Shown: positions 49,136-64,000, numbered from the stretch's first letter. The stretch is DNA of 64,000 nucleotides from Candidatus Latescibacterota bacterium (GCA_965198115.1 OZ240241.1:2656001-2720000), one strand, 5' to 3'. The notes: generated by a model not told the origin, from the letters alone. Numbers and translations: made by a program.

Positions 49136-49711
49136 CTACGGGCGTTTTTCGACCCAAACGAACCTCTCGGGGTTCCGGTCGCCTCGCTCCACATCCGGTT
49201 CGACGACACCTCGCACGACCCCCATCAGTGCCAGGTCAGCCACGACCCGATCGACAATCGTCCCCGATGTGGCCTCGTCGACGTGCCCATCTCGCAGCTC
49301 ATCGGGGGCGGCTTCGTACTGAGGTTTCAAGAGGGCCAGGCAGAAACCGTTCGACTTCAATAACGATAAGGCTTTTGGAACCACCTTGCCCAGGGGCGTC
49401 CAGCCCACATCGGCCACCACCACATCACAGGGCTCCTCCAGCGCCACGTGCAGCGCGTTCCGTCGTTCCACCACCACCACGCGCTCGTCTGTCCGAAGCT
49501 TCCAATCGAGCACACCGTAGCCTGTCTCGACGGCGTAGACCCTTGCCGCCCCCCTTTGCAACAGGCAATCGGTGAACCCGCCGACGTTCGCGCCGAGGTC
49601 TGCCGCGACCACGTCAGTGACATCCACACCGAAATGGTCGAGTGCGCTCTCCAGCTTGTCGCCCCCGCGGCTCACGAATCGTCCGCTGCGTTGTCGGTTG
49701 CTTTTCGCCAT
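49136..49711 (-). CDS. TlyA/FtsJ-like RNA methyltransferase lacking the S4 domain
   Basis: FVSRGG.KL..AL..F, DLGA.VGGFTDCLLQRGA.RVYAV..GYG.L.W.LR.D.RV, L.KPQYE. Confidence 0.85.
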   Translation of the reverse strand: MAKSNRQRSGRFVSRGGDKLESALDHFGVDVTDVVAADLGANVGGFTDCLLQRGAARVYAVETGYGVLDWKLRTDERVVVVERRNALHVALEEPCDVVVADVGWTPLGKVVPKALSLLKSNGFCLALLKPQYEAAPDELRDGHVDEATSGTIVDRVVADLALMGVVRGVVEPDVERGDRNPERFVWVEKRP

Positions 49712-49813
49712 ACCAAGAAAACGGCAACTCCATCTTGGAGCCGCCGTCGTAAATTGTGCAGGTTTCAGGGTGGAGGGGCAGGGTGGCCCGCTCGCGCCCT
49801 ATCCCAGTCTCTC

Positions 49814-51901
49814 CTAGGCCTCGACCGCCTCGGCCTCGACTTTGGACTCGGCCACGATCTTCTGAGTCAGCTGTGTGGGAACCGGCTCGAAGTGATCGAG
49901 CGTCATCGTGTAGTCCCCGGTGCCTTGGGTCATCGACCGGAGTGCGGTCGAATACTTGTAGAGTTCGGCCAGCGGCACTTCGGCTCGTATGACCTGGAAG
50001 CTTCCCTCGGGATCCATCCCCTGGATACGGCCTCTCCGCGAATTCAGGTCGCCCATTACTTCTCCCATATACTGCTCTGGGACCCGGATTTCCACGTTGT
50101 AAATGGGCTCGAGCAAGATCGGCTTGGCACCCAGAAACGCATCCTGGAAAGCGCGCGAACCGGCCATCTTGAAGGCCATTTCCGAAGAATCGACCGCGTG
50201 GTAGGACCCATCGTAGACCGTGACCTTGGTGTCGACCACCCGGTAACCGGCCAGCGGGCCCTCGTCCATCGACTCGCTGATGCCCTTTTCCACTGCAGGG
50301 ATGTAGTTCCTCGGAATGTTCCCACCCACGACCGCGTCGTCGAACTCATAGCCTTCGCCCCGCCCCCGAGCCTCGATGCGGAGATAAACCTCGCCAAACT
50401 GGCCGCGGCCACCGGACTGCTTTTTGTGTCGATGATGCCCCTCAGCCTTCCCCATGATCGTCTCCCGGTAAGGAATGCGGGGTTCGACCATGTTGACCTC
50501 GACGCCGAACTTCCGGTTCAGTTTGTCCAGCACGACTGTCAGGTGCAGTTCGCCTTGGCCTTCGACGATGATCTGCTTGAGTTCCGGGTCGTAGCCCGAC
50601 AGAAAACTCGGATCCTCCTCGTGAATTCGATGCAGCCCCGTGCTAATCTTTTCCTCATCCCCGCGAGATTTGGGTTCCACCGCGATCCGAATGAGCGGGT
50701 GTGGAAACTCGAGAGGAGCGACCAGTACGCCGTTCTGCTTCTCCGTGATCGTGTTCCCGGTGTGTGTGTCCTTCAGCTTCATCAGGGCCCCCATGTCGCC
50801 GGGGCCGATCGAATCCGCGTCCTCCCTCTGGGAACCGTTCAGGTAGTAGGTCTGACCGATGCGCTCGTTGGCCTCGAGACTTGCGTTGTAGGCATCGACA
50901 CCGCCCTCGAGGGAGCCACAGAAAACGCGAACGAACGACAGGTCACCGACTGATTCCGAGATCGTCTTGAAAACCACCGCGGCGAGCGCCTGCCCGTTCT
51001 CAGGCTGAAGCTCGATTTCGTCACCTCCGCCAAGGGGCGTTGCCGTATGGGGAGATACGTCTTTCGGGGAGGGTATGCCGACATCCATGAAATCCAGGAA
51101 GAGATCGGCGCCGATGGCCTTGGAAGCATCGCCGCAGAGAACGGGAAACACCATTCGTCCAGCGATCCCCGCACGGAGCCCAGCCGCGATTTCCTCATCC
51201 GTCAGCTCGCCCTCCTCGAGATATTTTTCGAGCAGTTCATCGCTCCCCTCTGCTATGGCTTCGACGACCCGCTCCCTCATCGTGGCCACCTGATCCTGCA
51301 GCTCGGCAGGCACATCGCCCACGTCGGACTTGCCACTGCCATCGGTCTGGTAGGTCACCAGCTTATTCTTCAGCACGTCGACGACCTGGTTGAACCCGAC
51401 ACCCTGATTGACGGGAATCTGAACGGGCACCACGCTTTGGCCAAAATGCTCCTGCAAGCTGGCCAGGGTGCTGTCGAAATCTGCCTGCTCCTTATCGACG
51501 TGATTCACGAAGAACACGGCAGATCGTCCGTACTCTTCACAGAATCCCCATACCTTGTCCGTGCCGATTTCGACGCCTGATTGGGCGTGGACGACGATCA
51601 CCGCGGCATCGGCCGCCCAAACAGCGGCTTTGGCATCGCCAATGAAGTCAGCGTAACCCGGTGCATCGACGGCATTCACCTTTGCGCCCTGCCACTCGCA
51701 GTGCAGGAGCGACGCGCTGATCGAGATTTGGCGCTCTTTTTCGGAGTCCGTGAAATCAGAGGTGGTGCTACCTTCATCCACGGTTCCTAGGCGATTCGTC
51801 TTCCCTGCGACGAAAAGCATGGCCTCGGCGAGCGAAGTTTTACCGGTTCCACTATGTCCGACGAATGCAATGTTCCTGATCTGATCGGGAGAATGACTCA
51901 C
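49814..51901 (-). CDS. Elongation factor G paralog (EF-G2-like), outside the str operon
   Basis: GHSGTGKTSL, ERQISI, DAPG, GQGELHL, KKQSGG.GQ, DGSYH.VDSSE.AF, LRSMTQG; GTG with SD ggagga. Confidence 0.92.
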   Translation of the reverse strand: MSHSPDQIRNIAFVGHSGTGKTSLAEAMLFVAGKTNRLGTVDEGSTTSDFTDSEKERQISISASLLHCEWQGAKVNAVDAPGYADFIGDAKAAVWAADAAVIVVHAQSGVEIGTDKVWGFCEEYGRSAVFFVNHVDKEQADFDSTLASLQEHFGQSVVPVQIPVNQGVGFNQVVDVLKNKLVTYQTDGSGKSDVGDVPAELQDQVATMRERVVEAIAEGSDELLEKYLEEGELTDEEIAAGLRAGIAGRMVFPVLCGDASKAIGADLFLDFMDVGIPSPKDVSPHTATPLGGGDEIELQPENGQALAAVVFKTISESVGDLSFVRVFCGSLEGGVDAYNASLEANERIGQTYYLNGSQREDADSIGPGDMGALMKLKDTHTGNTITEKQNGVLVAPLEFPHPLIRIAVEPKSRGDEEKISTGLHRIHEEDPSFLSGYDPELKQIIVEGQGELHLTVVLDKLNRKFGVEVNMVEPRIPYRETIMGKAEGHHRHKKQSGGRGQFGEVYLRIEARGRGEGYEFDDAVVGGNIPRNYIPAVEKGISESMDEGPLAGYRVVDTKVTVYDGSYHAVDSSEMAFKMAGSRAFQDAFLGAKPILLEPIYNVEIRVPEQYMGEVMGDLNSRRGRIQGMDPEGSFQVIRAEVPLAELYKYSTALRSMTQGTGDYTMTLDHFEPVPTQLTQKIVAESKVEAEAVEA

Positions 51902-52113
51902 GGTCAACGTCCTCCGCAGTTCTACGTGGCTTATCGGGATTATCCAGGCCTTGAAGGCCCGATTGCCGGACACTTTTAGCGGTCCGGGACGGGGCAATTA
52001 ACGGCCCTCGACACGCGAGGTCAACCATATTTCACCAAAACCCACAGCAAAAGAAACGCCCAAGTCCCTAAAGACTCAGGCGTTAGCCCACTCGATTGGA
52101 GCGGGTAGAATAT

Positions 52114-52231
52114 TCCCGGCGACGACCTACTCTCCCACAAGGTCTCCCAAGCAGTACCATCGGCGCTGGAGGGCTTAACTACTCTGTTCGGAATGGGAAG
52201 AGGTGTTTCCCCTCCGCTTTAGCCGCCAGGA
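52114..52231 (-). rRNA. rrf: 5S rRNA
   Basis: Conserved cccattccgaac, gccgatggtact and gggagagtagg; ends approximate. Confidence 0.95.
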
Positions 52232-52380
52232 AAATGTCAACGAGTCGGCCACAATGGGCCGACTCGCAAGCAACGCGTGAGCGTTGCCTGAATACGGGTG
52301 TGCTGCTTCCGAGAAGCTATCGTTCCTGCGGACGGAAGCGCTGGAACGATCTGCTAAAAGGCTGTTGTGATTTGAAAAAA

Positions 52381-55406
<3,026 letters not shown>

Positions 55407-55581
55407 AAAACAGGCCTTTAAGCAGATCGCTCTTGCGCTCCCGTCCGTCGTCCTGAATGGACGGAAGGCCAAAGCAAATCAGTCCTAAAATGCACTTCTC
55501 GGACTGCAGCATTACACCCGTATTCAGTTGTCAAAGAACAGCCTGCGGAACAGCGTCCCGCCTAAACCGTAGGATCACAGT

Positions 55582-55657
55582 TGGTGGAGATAACCGGGCT
55601 CGAACCGGTGACCTCAGCCTTGCAAAGGCCGCGCTCTCCCAACTGAGCTATATCCCC
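55582..55657 (-). tRNA. tRNA-Ala(TGC)
   Basis: GGGGATATAGCTCAGTTGGGAGAGCGCGGCCTTTGCAAGGCTG...GTTCGA...CTCCACCA; G3:U70 pair. Confidence 0.97.
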
Positions 55658-55711
55658 ACGCTCTCAAAGAACGATCAAAATATAAGCCGCCCCAAAAGGC
55701 GACTTTAGTTT

Positions 55712-55788
55712 TGGTGGGCCTAAGTGGAATTGAACCACTGACCTCGCGCTTATCAGGCGCGCGCTCTAACCATCTGAGCTATAGGCCC
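55712..55788 (-). tRNA. tRNA-Ile(GAT)
   Basis: GGGCCTATAGCTCAGATGGTTAGAGCGCGCGCCTGATAAGCGCG...GTTCAA...CCCACCA. Confidence 0.97.
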
Positions 55789-55890
55789 GATCGATCTTCG
55801 AAAACCGAATAACGTGCACGAATCGAACGAATGGCATTGACCAGGAGTAGACAAAGGCGCCGTGTTGAGCGGCCCTCTGTCGTGTCTCCC

Positions 55891-57435
<1,545 letters not shown>

Positions 57436-57540
57436 AAAATTCTTGTTCCCACTTTATGTGGGTGATTCACAGCAAATTGATCCTCATGCTGATTCCTCAT
57501 GAGAATTACCAGTCGTGTGAGACCCGTGCACGTTATTCGG

Positions 57541-57699
57541 TTTTCAAAGAACGAGCCGCCCGAGAGCGGCATTTTTAAGCAGAGATTTCTAACTTACATC
57601 CCTACTAATTCTAGGTCAAGACATAATTCACTTTGTCTTCACTAAGTAGGGGTCCCGTAGGGGGTCAGGAAATATACAGCGGGGTGCTGAGTGTGTCAA
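57541..57699 (-). promoter_or_regulatory. rrn tandem promoters P1/P2 and boxA
   Basis: P1 TTGACA-17-TATATT (57699-57671); P2 TTGACC-17-TAAGTT (57619-57591); boxA-like gttctttgaaaa (57552-57541), second boxA near 55528-55540. Confidence 0.85.
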
Positions 57700-57714
57700 G
57701 TTTGTGACAGGTGC

Positions 57715-58156
57715 TCAAAAAGCAAGCCGGCCCTCGACTTCTCGCGTGTAGATTGCATCGACGTCCTCCTGCCCCCACACCCCGATCCTGCTCGTCAAAC
57801 TAGCCGCCTTGGCCAGTCTCTGGGCCGTTTCGCGGATGTGAACAGGGTAGGTTTCCTCCGTGAAAGTCTTCAGTCCCTTTCCCCGCTCCGCGTAGGCTTC
57901 TTCGAGCACCACCAGAACCCCAAGAGATGGCGAAATGGCCTGGATCGTCGACAGGGCCTCCCGGATTTCCTTCTCTGTCTCGAACGGGCAGCTTGAAAGC
58001 CGCGACGGGAAGTTCGTGTTCCGTGTAGTGCGTCCCACGGCCGTCCAGCCATACTGCGTCGCCCATAGCGCTCTTTTTGAAACTGCGCCGCGATTCGTAG
58101 CCGAGGGCCCTTCCGATCTCGACCAATCTGGCCTGGTAGGTCTGTAAGAGATCCAT
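57715..58156 (-). pseudogene. Hypothetical protein split by an apparent +1 frameshift near 57987 (may be a sequencing error)
   Basis: MDLLQTY...LPVAAFKL continues as PFETEKEIREAL... in the next frame if one C of a CCC run is removed. Confidence 0.6.
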
Positions 58157-58163
58157 AAGCTGC

Positions 58164-58622
58164 CTATCTGAAGCTGAATTCTCCGACGTCATCGTCGCCT
58201 TCGAACTGCATGAGATACGTGATCGCCTCCTCGAGATCCCCTGCCACCCAGGTGTCGAGCTCCACCGACAGGGCGGCTCGCAGCGCCGGTAGAGCTTCCG
58301 GCTCTTCAAGATTCATCAACGCGCCTATCACGGCCTGCTTGACCGCCCGATCCGAGTCTTTCAACAGGGGCAGGAGGGGCATCACCGCTTCGCGGGACCG
58401 AATCATGCCCAGGGCCCAGGCGCCCTTTGCCCGTACTCGTGGGTCTTGGTCACTTAAAACGCCGATCAGCGCGGTCACGGCCTCCTGGTCACGCTGGGCC
58501 CCCAGGAAGTCGGCCGCCGCGACTCGCTTTTCGGGCGAGTCGTGACGTAGGTCCTCGAGGTATCCCCCATTGGAGCAACCGGCCAAAATCCCCACGGCTG
58601 CAAACAGCGGCCATCGCATCAC
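58164..58622 (-). CDS. HEAT-repeat lipoprotein
   Basis: Lipobox LAGC; repeats [17 protein letters not shown] and [16 protein letters not shown]. Confidence 0.85.
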   Translation of the reverse strand: MMRWPLFAAVGILAGCSNGGYLEDLRHDSPEKRVAAADFLGAQRDQEAVTALIGVLSDQDPRVRAKGAWALGMIRSREAVMPLLPLLKDSDRAVKQAVIGALMNLEEPEALPALRAALSVELDTWVAGDLEEAITYLMQFEGDDDVGEFSFR

Positions 58623-59914
58623 GACCCACCGAGCGCTTTCCCCAGTGCCTTCCCGTGGGCATCGATCGAATCAGCGATGTCGTCCCCGGAGTGCGCCGTC
58701 GCGACGAAAACGGCTTCGAACTGCGATGGTGCCACGTAGACGCCCCCCTCGAGCATACCCCAAAAGTAGCGAGAAAAGGCGTCCTGATCGCTCGCGACAG
58801 CGTGGTCGAAGGTCTTCACCGGTTGACCCGTGAAGAACATCGTCATCATCGACCCGACCCGATTGATCACGCAGTCTGCGCGAGCTGAATCGATGTTCGC
58901 CCGCCAGCCGCTCTCGAGCTGAGAAGCCAGCGCCTCCAGCCCTTCGTAGACGCCCTCCCCCCTAAGGGCTTTGAGCATCTGGATCCCCGCCGTCATCGCG
59001 AGCGGATTGCCCGACAGGGTTCCTGCTTGCGAAACCTTCTTCCCGAGCGGTGAAATGTCACTCATAATGTCGCGCCGGCCACCGAACGCACCGACCGGCA
59101 AGCCGCCCCCGATGATCTTACCGAGTGTCGTCATATCCGGGGTCACGCCATAGAGCGACTGCGCGCCTCCTGGATGGACACGGAAACCCGTAATCACTTC
59201 ATCGAAGATGAGAATCGCCCCGAGATCCGACGTCAGATCTCTCAGCCCCTGCAGGAATCCCGGCTCGGGTGGAATCACACCCATATTCCCGGCAACGGGC
59301 TCGACGATGATGGCCGCCAGGTCGTCGCGGACCTCGGACGCAACCTTCTGAACCGCTTCGAGGTCGTTGAACGACGCCGTCACCGTGTCGGCGGCCGTCC
59401 CCTCGGTGACGCCCGGGCTGTCCGGCGCGCCTGTCGTCAGCGCCGAAGAACCAGCCCGGATCAGGAAGTCGTCGGCATGACCGTGCCAGCACCCTTCGAA
59501 CTTCAGAACCTTGTTTCGTCCAGTATGTCCGCGAGCCAATCGGACGGCCGACATGGTCGCTTCCGTCCCCGAATTCACCATCCGAACCATCTCGACAGAC
59601 GGCACCATTTCGCACACGAGCTCGGCCAACTCGACTTCGACCTCAGTCGGCGCCCCGAAGCTCGTGCCACGAGCGGCGACCTCCTTCAGTGCTTCCACGA
59701 TCGGTGGGAATGCGTGCCCGTGGATGAGGGGCCCCCAGGAGAACACGTGATCTACGTAGCTGTTGCCGTCCACGTCGTAGACGTGCGACCCTTCGCCTCG
59801 ATCGATGAACAGGGGATCGCCCCCGACGGAGCCGAACGCACGCGCCGGGCTGTTGACGCCCCCCGGAATGACGGCGCTGGCCTTTTCAAACAGGGATTTA
59901 GAACGTTCTCCCAC
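58619..59914 (-). CDS. hemL: Glutamate-1-semialdehyde 2,1-aminomutase
   Basis: [62 protein letters not shown]. Confidence 0.97.
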   Translation of the reverse strand: MGERSKSLFEKASAVIPGGVNSPARAFGSVGGDPLFIDRGEGSHVYDVDGNSYVDHVFSWGPLIHGHAFPPIVEALKEVAARGTSFGAPTEVEVELAELVCEMVPSVEMVRMVNSGTEATMSAVRLARGHTGRNKVLKFEGCWHGHADDFLIRAGSSALTTGAPDSPGVTEGTAADTVTASFNDLEAVQKVASEVRDDLAAIIVEPVAGNMGVIPPEPGFLQGLRDLTSDLGAILIFDEVITGFRVHPGGAQSLYGVTPDMTTLGKIIGGGLPVGAFGGRRDIMSDISPLGKKVSQAGTLSGNPLAMTAGIQMLKALRGEGVYEGLEALASQLESGWRANIDSARADCVINRVGSMMTMFFTGQPVKTFDHAVASDQDAFSRYFWGMLEGGVYVAPSQFEAVFVATAHSGDDIADSIDAHGKALGKALGGS

Positions 59915-59952
59915 AGATCCTCCCAACACGAAGACGATGTGACCGGTGTTCT

Positions 59953-59980
59953 AAGTTAGAGCGGGTGACCAGACTGTCAA
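59953..59980 (-). promoter_or_regulatory. sigma70-type promoter for hemL
   Basis: TTGACA-16 bp-TAACTT. Confidence 0.5.
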
Positions 59981-60056
59981 AGAGGGGAAGCGAGTGTCCA
60001 TTCAGGAGCCCGAAGTCAGAGGGTGAAGAGCCGGCAAACGGCGCGGACACGATTTC

Positions 60057-60848
60057 TCACGCCTGATCGTGATTGGATACGGTGAAGGCGAGGATAGCGG
60101 CGGCGGCAGCGAGGTTGAGGGAGGATGCACGGCCGGCCATGGGGATTCGGACGCTGGTGTCGACCGCGGCGGCCAGCGTCTCATCGAGTCCGTGTTGTTC
60201 GTTGCCAAGGAGCAAAGCCACCGGGCGTGTGTAATCGGCCTCGCGATAGTCGGTCGTTCCTCTTGTAGAGGAACCAACCAGCCTCACGTCGTGCTCGCGA
60301 ACCCAGGCGAGAAAACCGTCCGTCTTCCCGTCGGACACGACCGGCAACGTGAATAGCGTCCCCATCGCCGCCCTGACAGATCGAGGATCGTAGGGATCCG
60401 TCGACGCCCCGACAAGCACCAACCCATTCGCCCCCGCGCTTGCCACCGTGCGGATCACCGTACCCAGATTGCCGGGATCGCGAGGGCGATCCAGCGCCAC
60501 GATGAACGTGTCCTTGTCCACATCAATTGCACCCAGGCTCCGATGGGCAGTCTTCAGTACAGCTCCTAGGCCAGTTGGGTTGTCACGATCGGACAGCCGC
60601 CGAAAAACCTCTTCGCTCACGCGAGTGATCTCAACATCGGCCCCCTCGATCGCGTCTATCGCGTCCCCACTCGTCATCCGGTCGGGACACAGAATGACCT
60701 GCTCAACAGGCCACCCTGTCTCGATCGCCTCGAGCGTGATGTGGATGCCTTCCGCCCAGAAACACCCTTCTCGCTCTCGCCCTTTGCGTGACTGAATCGC
60801 CCGAGCTCGCTTGACGCTGTCATTCTGAAAACTCGTCACAAGCGCCAT
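60057..60848 (-). CDS. TrmH/SpoU family RNA 2'-O-methyltransferase
   Basis: DPGNLGT..RT, DPY....VRA.MG, LGNE..GL, IPM.G..SSLN. Confidence 0.93.
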   Translation of the reverse strand: MALVTSFQNDSVKRARAIQSRKGREREGCFWAEGIHITLEAIETGWPVEQVILCPDRMTSGDAIDAIEGADVEITRVSEEVFRRLSDRDNPTGLGAVLKTAHRSLGAIDVDKDTFIVALDRPRDPGNLGTVIRTVASAGANGLVLVGASTDPYDPRSVRAAMGTLFTLPVVSDGKTDGFLAWVREHDVRLVGSSTRGTTDYREADYTRPVALLLGNEQHGLDETLAAAVDTSVRIPMAGRASSLNLAAAAAILAFTVSNHDQA

Positions 60849-60903
60849 CGGACCTCCACCTTGCCATCGTCCGTTCGATGTCGGTATATTCGAATCGTCA
60901 TTC

Positions 60904-60980
60904 GCGGCAGTAGCTCAATTGGATAGAGCATCTGACTTCGGATCAGACGGTTGGGGGTTCGAGTCCTCTCTGCCGCACCA
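60904..60980 (+). tRNA. tRNA-Arg(TCG)
   Basis: Cloverleaf with anticodon arm tctga-cTTCGga-tcaga (anticodon TCG), T-loop GTTCGAG, CCA end; upstream TTGCCA-18-TATATT. Confidence 0.93.
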
Positions 60981-60983
60981 TCG

Positions 60984-61013
60984 GGGCCCTGGTCACAGAC
61001 TAGGGCCCTCTTT
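60984..61013 (+). terminator. Terminator-like hairpin after the tRNA
   Basis: gggccctggtc-aca-gactagggccc followed by tcttt. Confidence 0.65.
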
Positions 61014-61032
61014 AATATCCCGGCCCCGACGG

Positions 61033-61067
61033 TGACCATTGACCAGTGACAACTGACCAGGGACCAG
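61033..61067. repeat. Heptamer tandem repeat (5 degenerate copies, consensus TGACCAG)
   Basis: tgaccat tgaccag tgacaac tgaccag ggaccag. Confidence 0.7.
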
Positions 61068-61226
61068 AGAGGGCCAGTCGGCGCTGAGCTTCCCAGTGGA
61101 CGTCGAAACATCCTATATATAGGAAACGCATCGAGCGGGCCCTATTTTCAAAGACCTTGCCACGCCCGCTCTTCGTCCTTTTAGCAGCGCAGCTGCGCAG
61201 GAGGACCACGCCTGCTCGGGTTTTCC

Positions 61227-63977
61227 ATGAATCTCATCTCCATCCGCGGCGCACGCCAGCACAACCTCAAAAACATTAACCTCGACCTTCCGCGCGGGAA
61301 ACTGGTCGTTGTAACAGGGCCGTCCGGATCAGGCAAGTCCTCGCTCGTCTTCGACACGATTTACGCCGAAGGCCAGCGTCGTTACGTCGAATCTCTCTCG
61401 ACCCAGGCGCGACAATTCCTGAACGTGATGGAGAAGCCCGATGTCGACAGTATCGAAGGCCTCTCCCCGGCCGTCGCGATCCAGCAGCGCGGGGGCTCGA
61501 GATCGAGACGCTCGACGGTAGGCACGCTCACCGAAATCGCCGACCATCTGAGGCTCTTGTTCGCGAGGGCGGGCGAGCCTCATTGTCATCAGTGCGGGCG
61601 TGCTCTCCATCGTCAAACCGTCGAACAGATCGTCGATGCGTTGACCGACCTGCCCGAAGGCACGCGATACCAGATCCTCGCGCCTCTCAGCAAACCGTCT
61701 GACGAACCCTGGGAGACCGTTCTCGACGACCTCCGCAGACAGGGCTACGTCCGAGTCACGATCGATGGCGAAGCACACGCCGTGGACGACCCGATCGACA
61801 CGAACCGCATCGAGGACCTCGCCGTCATCGTGGACCGCCTCGTAGCCGGCCCCAAAGTCGGGCGCCGACTGGCCGATTCCCTCGAAACGGCCCTTTCGCT
61901 AACTGGCGGCCTCGTCGTCGCCGATGAGCCGGGTGGTGATAGCAGATCCTTCACGACCCGACTCTATTGCCGCCACTGTGACATCCATCTTCCCGATCCC
62001 GAACCACGCCTCTTCAGCTTCAACAGCCCCCACGGCGCTTGCCCGACGTGCAACGGGCTGGGCGAATCCCTCAAGTTCTCGGCCGACCGGATCGTCCCGG
62101 ATCCAGATCTTTCCATTGGCGAAGGTGCCCTCGCGCCGCTCGGCTCGCCAAAGGGTAAAAGAGAGGCCGATCGGTTGACGAAGCTGCTCGAAAGCTTTGG
62201 CGCAAACCTGCTCACGCCCTACAGGGACCTGTCCGAGGCGGCGCGCGACGTCCTTCTCAACGGCAGGAGTCGGCCGAAGTTCGCGGGCATCCTGAACGAT
62301 CTACAGGCGAGCTACGATGACGCATCGGACGAAGAACGCGAGCGGCTCGAACCGTTCATGCGCTCCGCTCTGTGCCCGGAATGTCAGGGTGCCCGTCTGC
62401 GCAGAGAGGCCCTGGCCGTCAGATTGGGCGACCGGTCGATCGCCGATCTCTCGACGCTCACCCTCACGGACGCCTTGGCGTTTTTCGAACACCTCGACCT
62501 CACCCACATCCACCACGAAATCGCGGATCCCCTCATTTTCGAGATCACCTCGCGTCTCCGGTTTCTCCTGGACGTCGGGGTCGGCTATCTTGCCCTCGAA
62601 CGCGGAGGCACGACACTCTCCGGCGGGGAGATGCAGCGCATTCGCCTGGCCACGCAAATCGGCTCGAGGCTCGTTGGCGTCCTCTACGTGTTGGACGAGC
62701 CCAGCGTCGGACTCCATCCGCGCGACAACCGTCAGCTCATCGAATCCATCGAGCGGCTACGTGACCTCGGCAACTCGGTACTCGTCGTCGAGCACGACCG
62801 CGATATGATGGAAGCGGCCGATGATCTCGTCGACCTCGGACCGGGCGCCGGCGAGCTGGGTGGCGAGGTCATCGCACACGGCACGGCCACGGAGGTCGCC
62901 AGCGTGGACACATCGCCGACCGGTGCCTACCTGTCCGGTCGCACCGTGATCGAAACCGAAACGTCCAACGTCCCACCCGATCGCTGGCTGAAGCTTTCGC
63001 GTGCATCGGGCCATAACCTCGACGACGTCGATCTGGAACTACCTCTCGGACGTTTCGTCTGCATCAGCGGTGTATCTGGCTCGGGCAAATCGACGCTCAT
63101 CAACCGAACCCTCTATCCGATCCTCGCCAGCCGACTGACGCGATCACTCGAACAGCCCCTCCCCTACGAAACGATCGAGAAGGCAGAGTCCATCGACAAG
63201 GTCATCCGCATCGACCAATCTCCGATCGGGCGTACGCCGCGATCGAACCCTGCCACCTACGTCGGCATCTTCGGCGCGGTACGTGAACTCTTCGCACAAC
63301 TCCCCGAATCGAAGGTTCGCGGCTACGGGCCGGGACGATTCAGCTTCAACACACGCGGCGGACGGTGTGAGGTCTGTCGCGGCGACGGCGTCTCTCGCGT
63401 CGAAATGCACTTCCTGCCCGACGTCTACGTCACGTGCGATGCGTGCGGTGGCCAGCGATTCAATCGCGAAACGCTCGAGAGCCTGTTCAAAGGGCTGTCG
63501 ATTGCGAATGTGCTCGATCTGACGGTTGAGCAGGCGCAGAAGACGTTCCGCGACATCCCACAGCTCAATCGACGTTTAAAGACGCTCGTCGATGTGGGGC
63601 TCGGTTACATCCGGTTGGGGCAATCGGCCACGGCGCTTTCCGGCGGCGAGGCGCAACGAGTCAAGTTGAGCGCAGAGCTTTCCCGGGCAAGCACGGGGAA
63701 TACTTTGTATCTTCTTGACGAACCCACGACCGGCCTTCACTTCGAGGACATTCGCATCCTCCTCGGCGCCCTTAGACGTCTCGTCGACGAGGGGAATACG
63801 GTTGTCGTCATCGAGCACAACCTCGATGTCATTCGTAGAGCCGATTGGGTGATCGACCTGGGTCCTGGTGGCGGCCCCGAAGGGGGCCGCATCGTCGCCG
63901 TGGGCACCCCTGGTGAGATCGCTGACTCGGCCGAATCCGTCACGGGCCGTTTCTTAAAAGAGGTCATCGCCGCATGA
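61227..63977 (+). CDS. uvrA: Excinuclease ABC subunit A
   Basis: [74 protein letters not shown]. Confidence 0.98.
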   Translation: MNLISIRGARQHNLKNINLDLPRGKLVVVTGPSGSGKSSLVFDTIYAEGQRRYVESLSTQARQFLNVMEKPDVDSIEGLSPAVAIQQRGGSRSRRSTVGTLTEIADHLRLLFARAGEPHCHQCGRALHRQTVEQIVDALTDLPEGTRYQILAPLSKPSDEPWETVLDDLRRQGYVRVTIDGEAHAVDDPIDTNRIEDLAVIVDRLVAGPKVGRRLADSLETALSLTGGLVVADEPGGDSRSFTTRLYCRHCDIHLPDPEPRLFSFNSPHGACPTCNGLGESLKFSADRIVPDPDLSIGEGALAPLGSPKGKREADRLTKLLESFGANLLTPYRDLSEAARDVLLNGRSRPKFAGILNDLQASYDDASDEERERLEPFMRSALCPECQGARLRREALAVRLGDRSIADLSTLTLTDALAFFEHLDLTHIHHEIADPLIFEITSRLRFLLDVGVGYLALERGGTTLSGGEMQRIRLATQIGSRLVGVLYVLDEPSVGLHPRDNRQLIESIERLRDLGNSVLVVEHDRDMMEAADDLVDLGPGAGELGGEVIAHGTATEVASVDTSPTGAYLSGRTVIETETSNVPPDRWLKLSRASGHNLDDVDLELPLGRFVCISGVSGSGKSTLINRTLYPILASRLTRSLEQPLPYETIEKAESIDKVIRIDQSPIGRTPRSNPATYVGIFGAVRELFAQLPESKVRGYGPGRFSFNTRGGRCEVCRGDGVSRVEMHFLPDVYVTCDACGGQRFNRETLESLFKGLSIANVLDLTVEQAQKTFRDIPQLNRRLKTLVDVGLGYIRLGQSATALSGGEAQRVKLSAELSRASTGNTLYLLDEPTTGLHFEDIRILLGALRRLVDEGNTVVVIEHNLDVIRRADWVIDLGPGGGPEGGRIVAVGTPGEIADSAESVTGRFLKEVIAA

Positions 63978-64000
63978 TTCGCATCGACTTCGGAACACTC
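63974..64000 (+). CDS. Start of next gene (MIRIDFGTL..., truncated)
   Basis: ATGA overlap with the uvrA stop; only 9 codons visible. Confidence 0.35.

Overview
64 kb of a GC-rich bacterial chromosome, mostly housekeeping. The lineage is probably uncultured; the divergent 16S and a short RpoD-like sigma are compatible with an FCB/Latescibacterota-like organism, but I cannot verify this. In order: larC end, glnA plus a small Cys-rich ORF, hup, an ECF S component, a regulatory island (NtrB-like kinase, sigma54 activator, sigma54 promoter with IHF site and enhancers, then EIIA-like, sigma70-family factor, EIIA-like), a divergent kinase-receiver-glgC-glnD operon, rho, rpmE, an intact ISL3 element, prfA-prmC, a polyprenyl synthase and secDF. 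A long minus-strand run follows: PBP1A, valS, AI-2E, cNMP-binding protein, recO, ftsB, proB, hisF/H, proC, ilvE, rsmA-recJ, tatD, metG, holB, ABC ATPase, rimI, tsaB, ruvBAC, yebC, tlyA, EF-G paralog, a full rrn operon (16S-Ile-Ala-23S-5S), hemL and a TrmH methylase. tRNA-Arg(UCG) and uvrA close the window. The best candidate for an undescribed system is the sigma54-to-sigma70 cascade flanked by two PTS EIIA-like proteins, lying between glnA and glnD. Also notable are an AI-2E transporter with an apparently circularly permuted Ig-like insert, a RuvC tail resembling RuvA domain III, an in-frame RsmA-RecJ fusion, and a promoter firing antisense through the ECF gene toward hup. Four or five single-base lesions suggest assembly errors, so the frameshift and fusion claims need read-level checks. 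No CRISPR array or prophage was seen. All homology calls are from motif recognition, not database searches.
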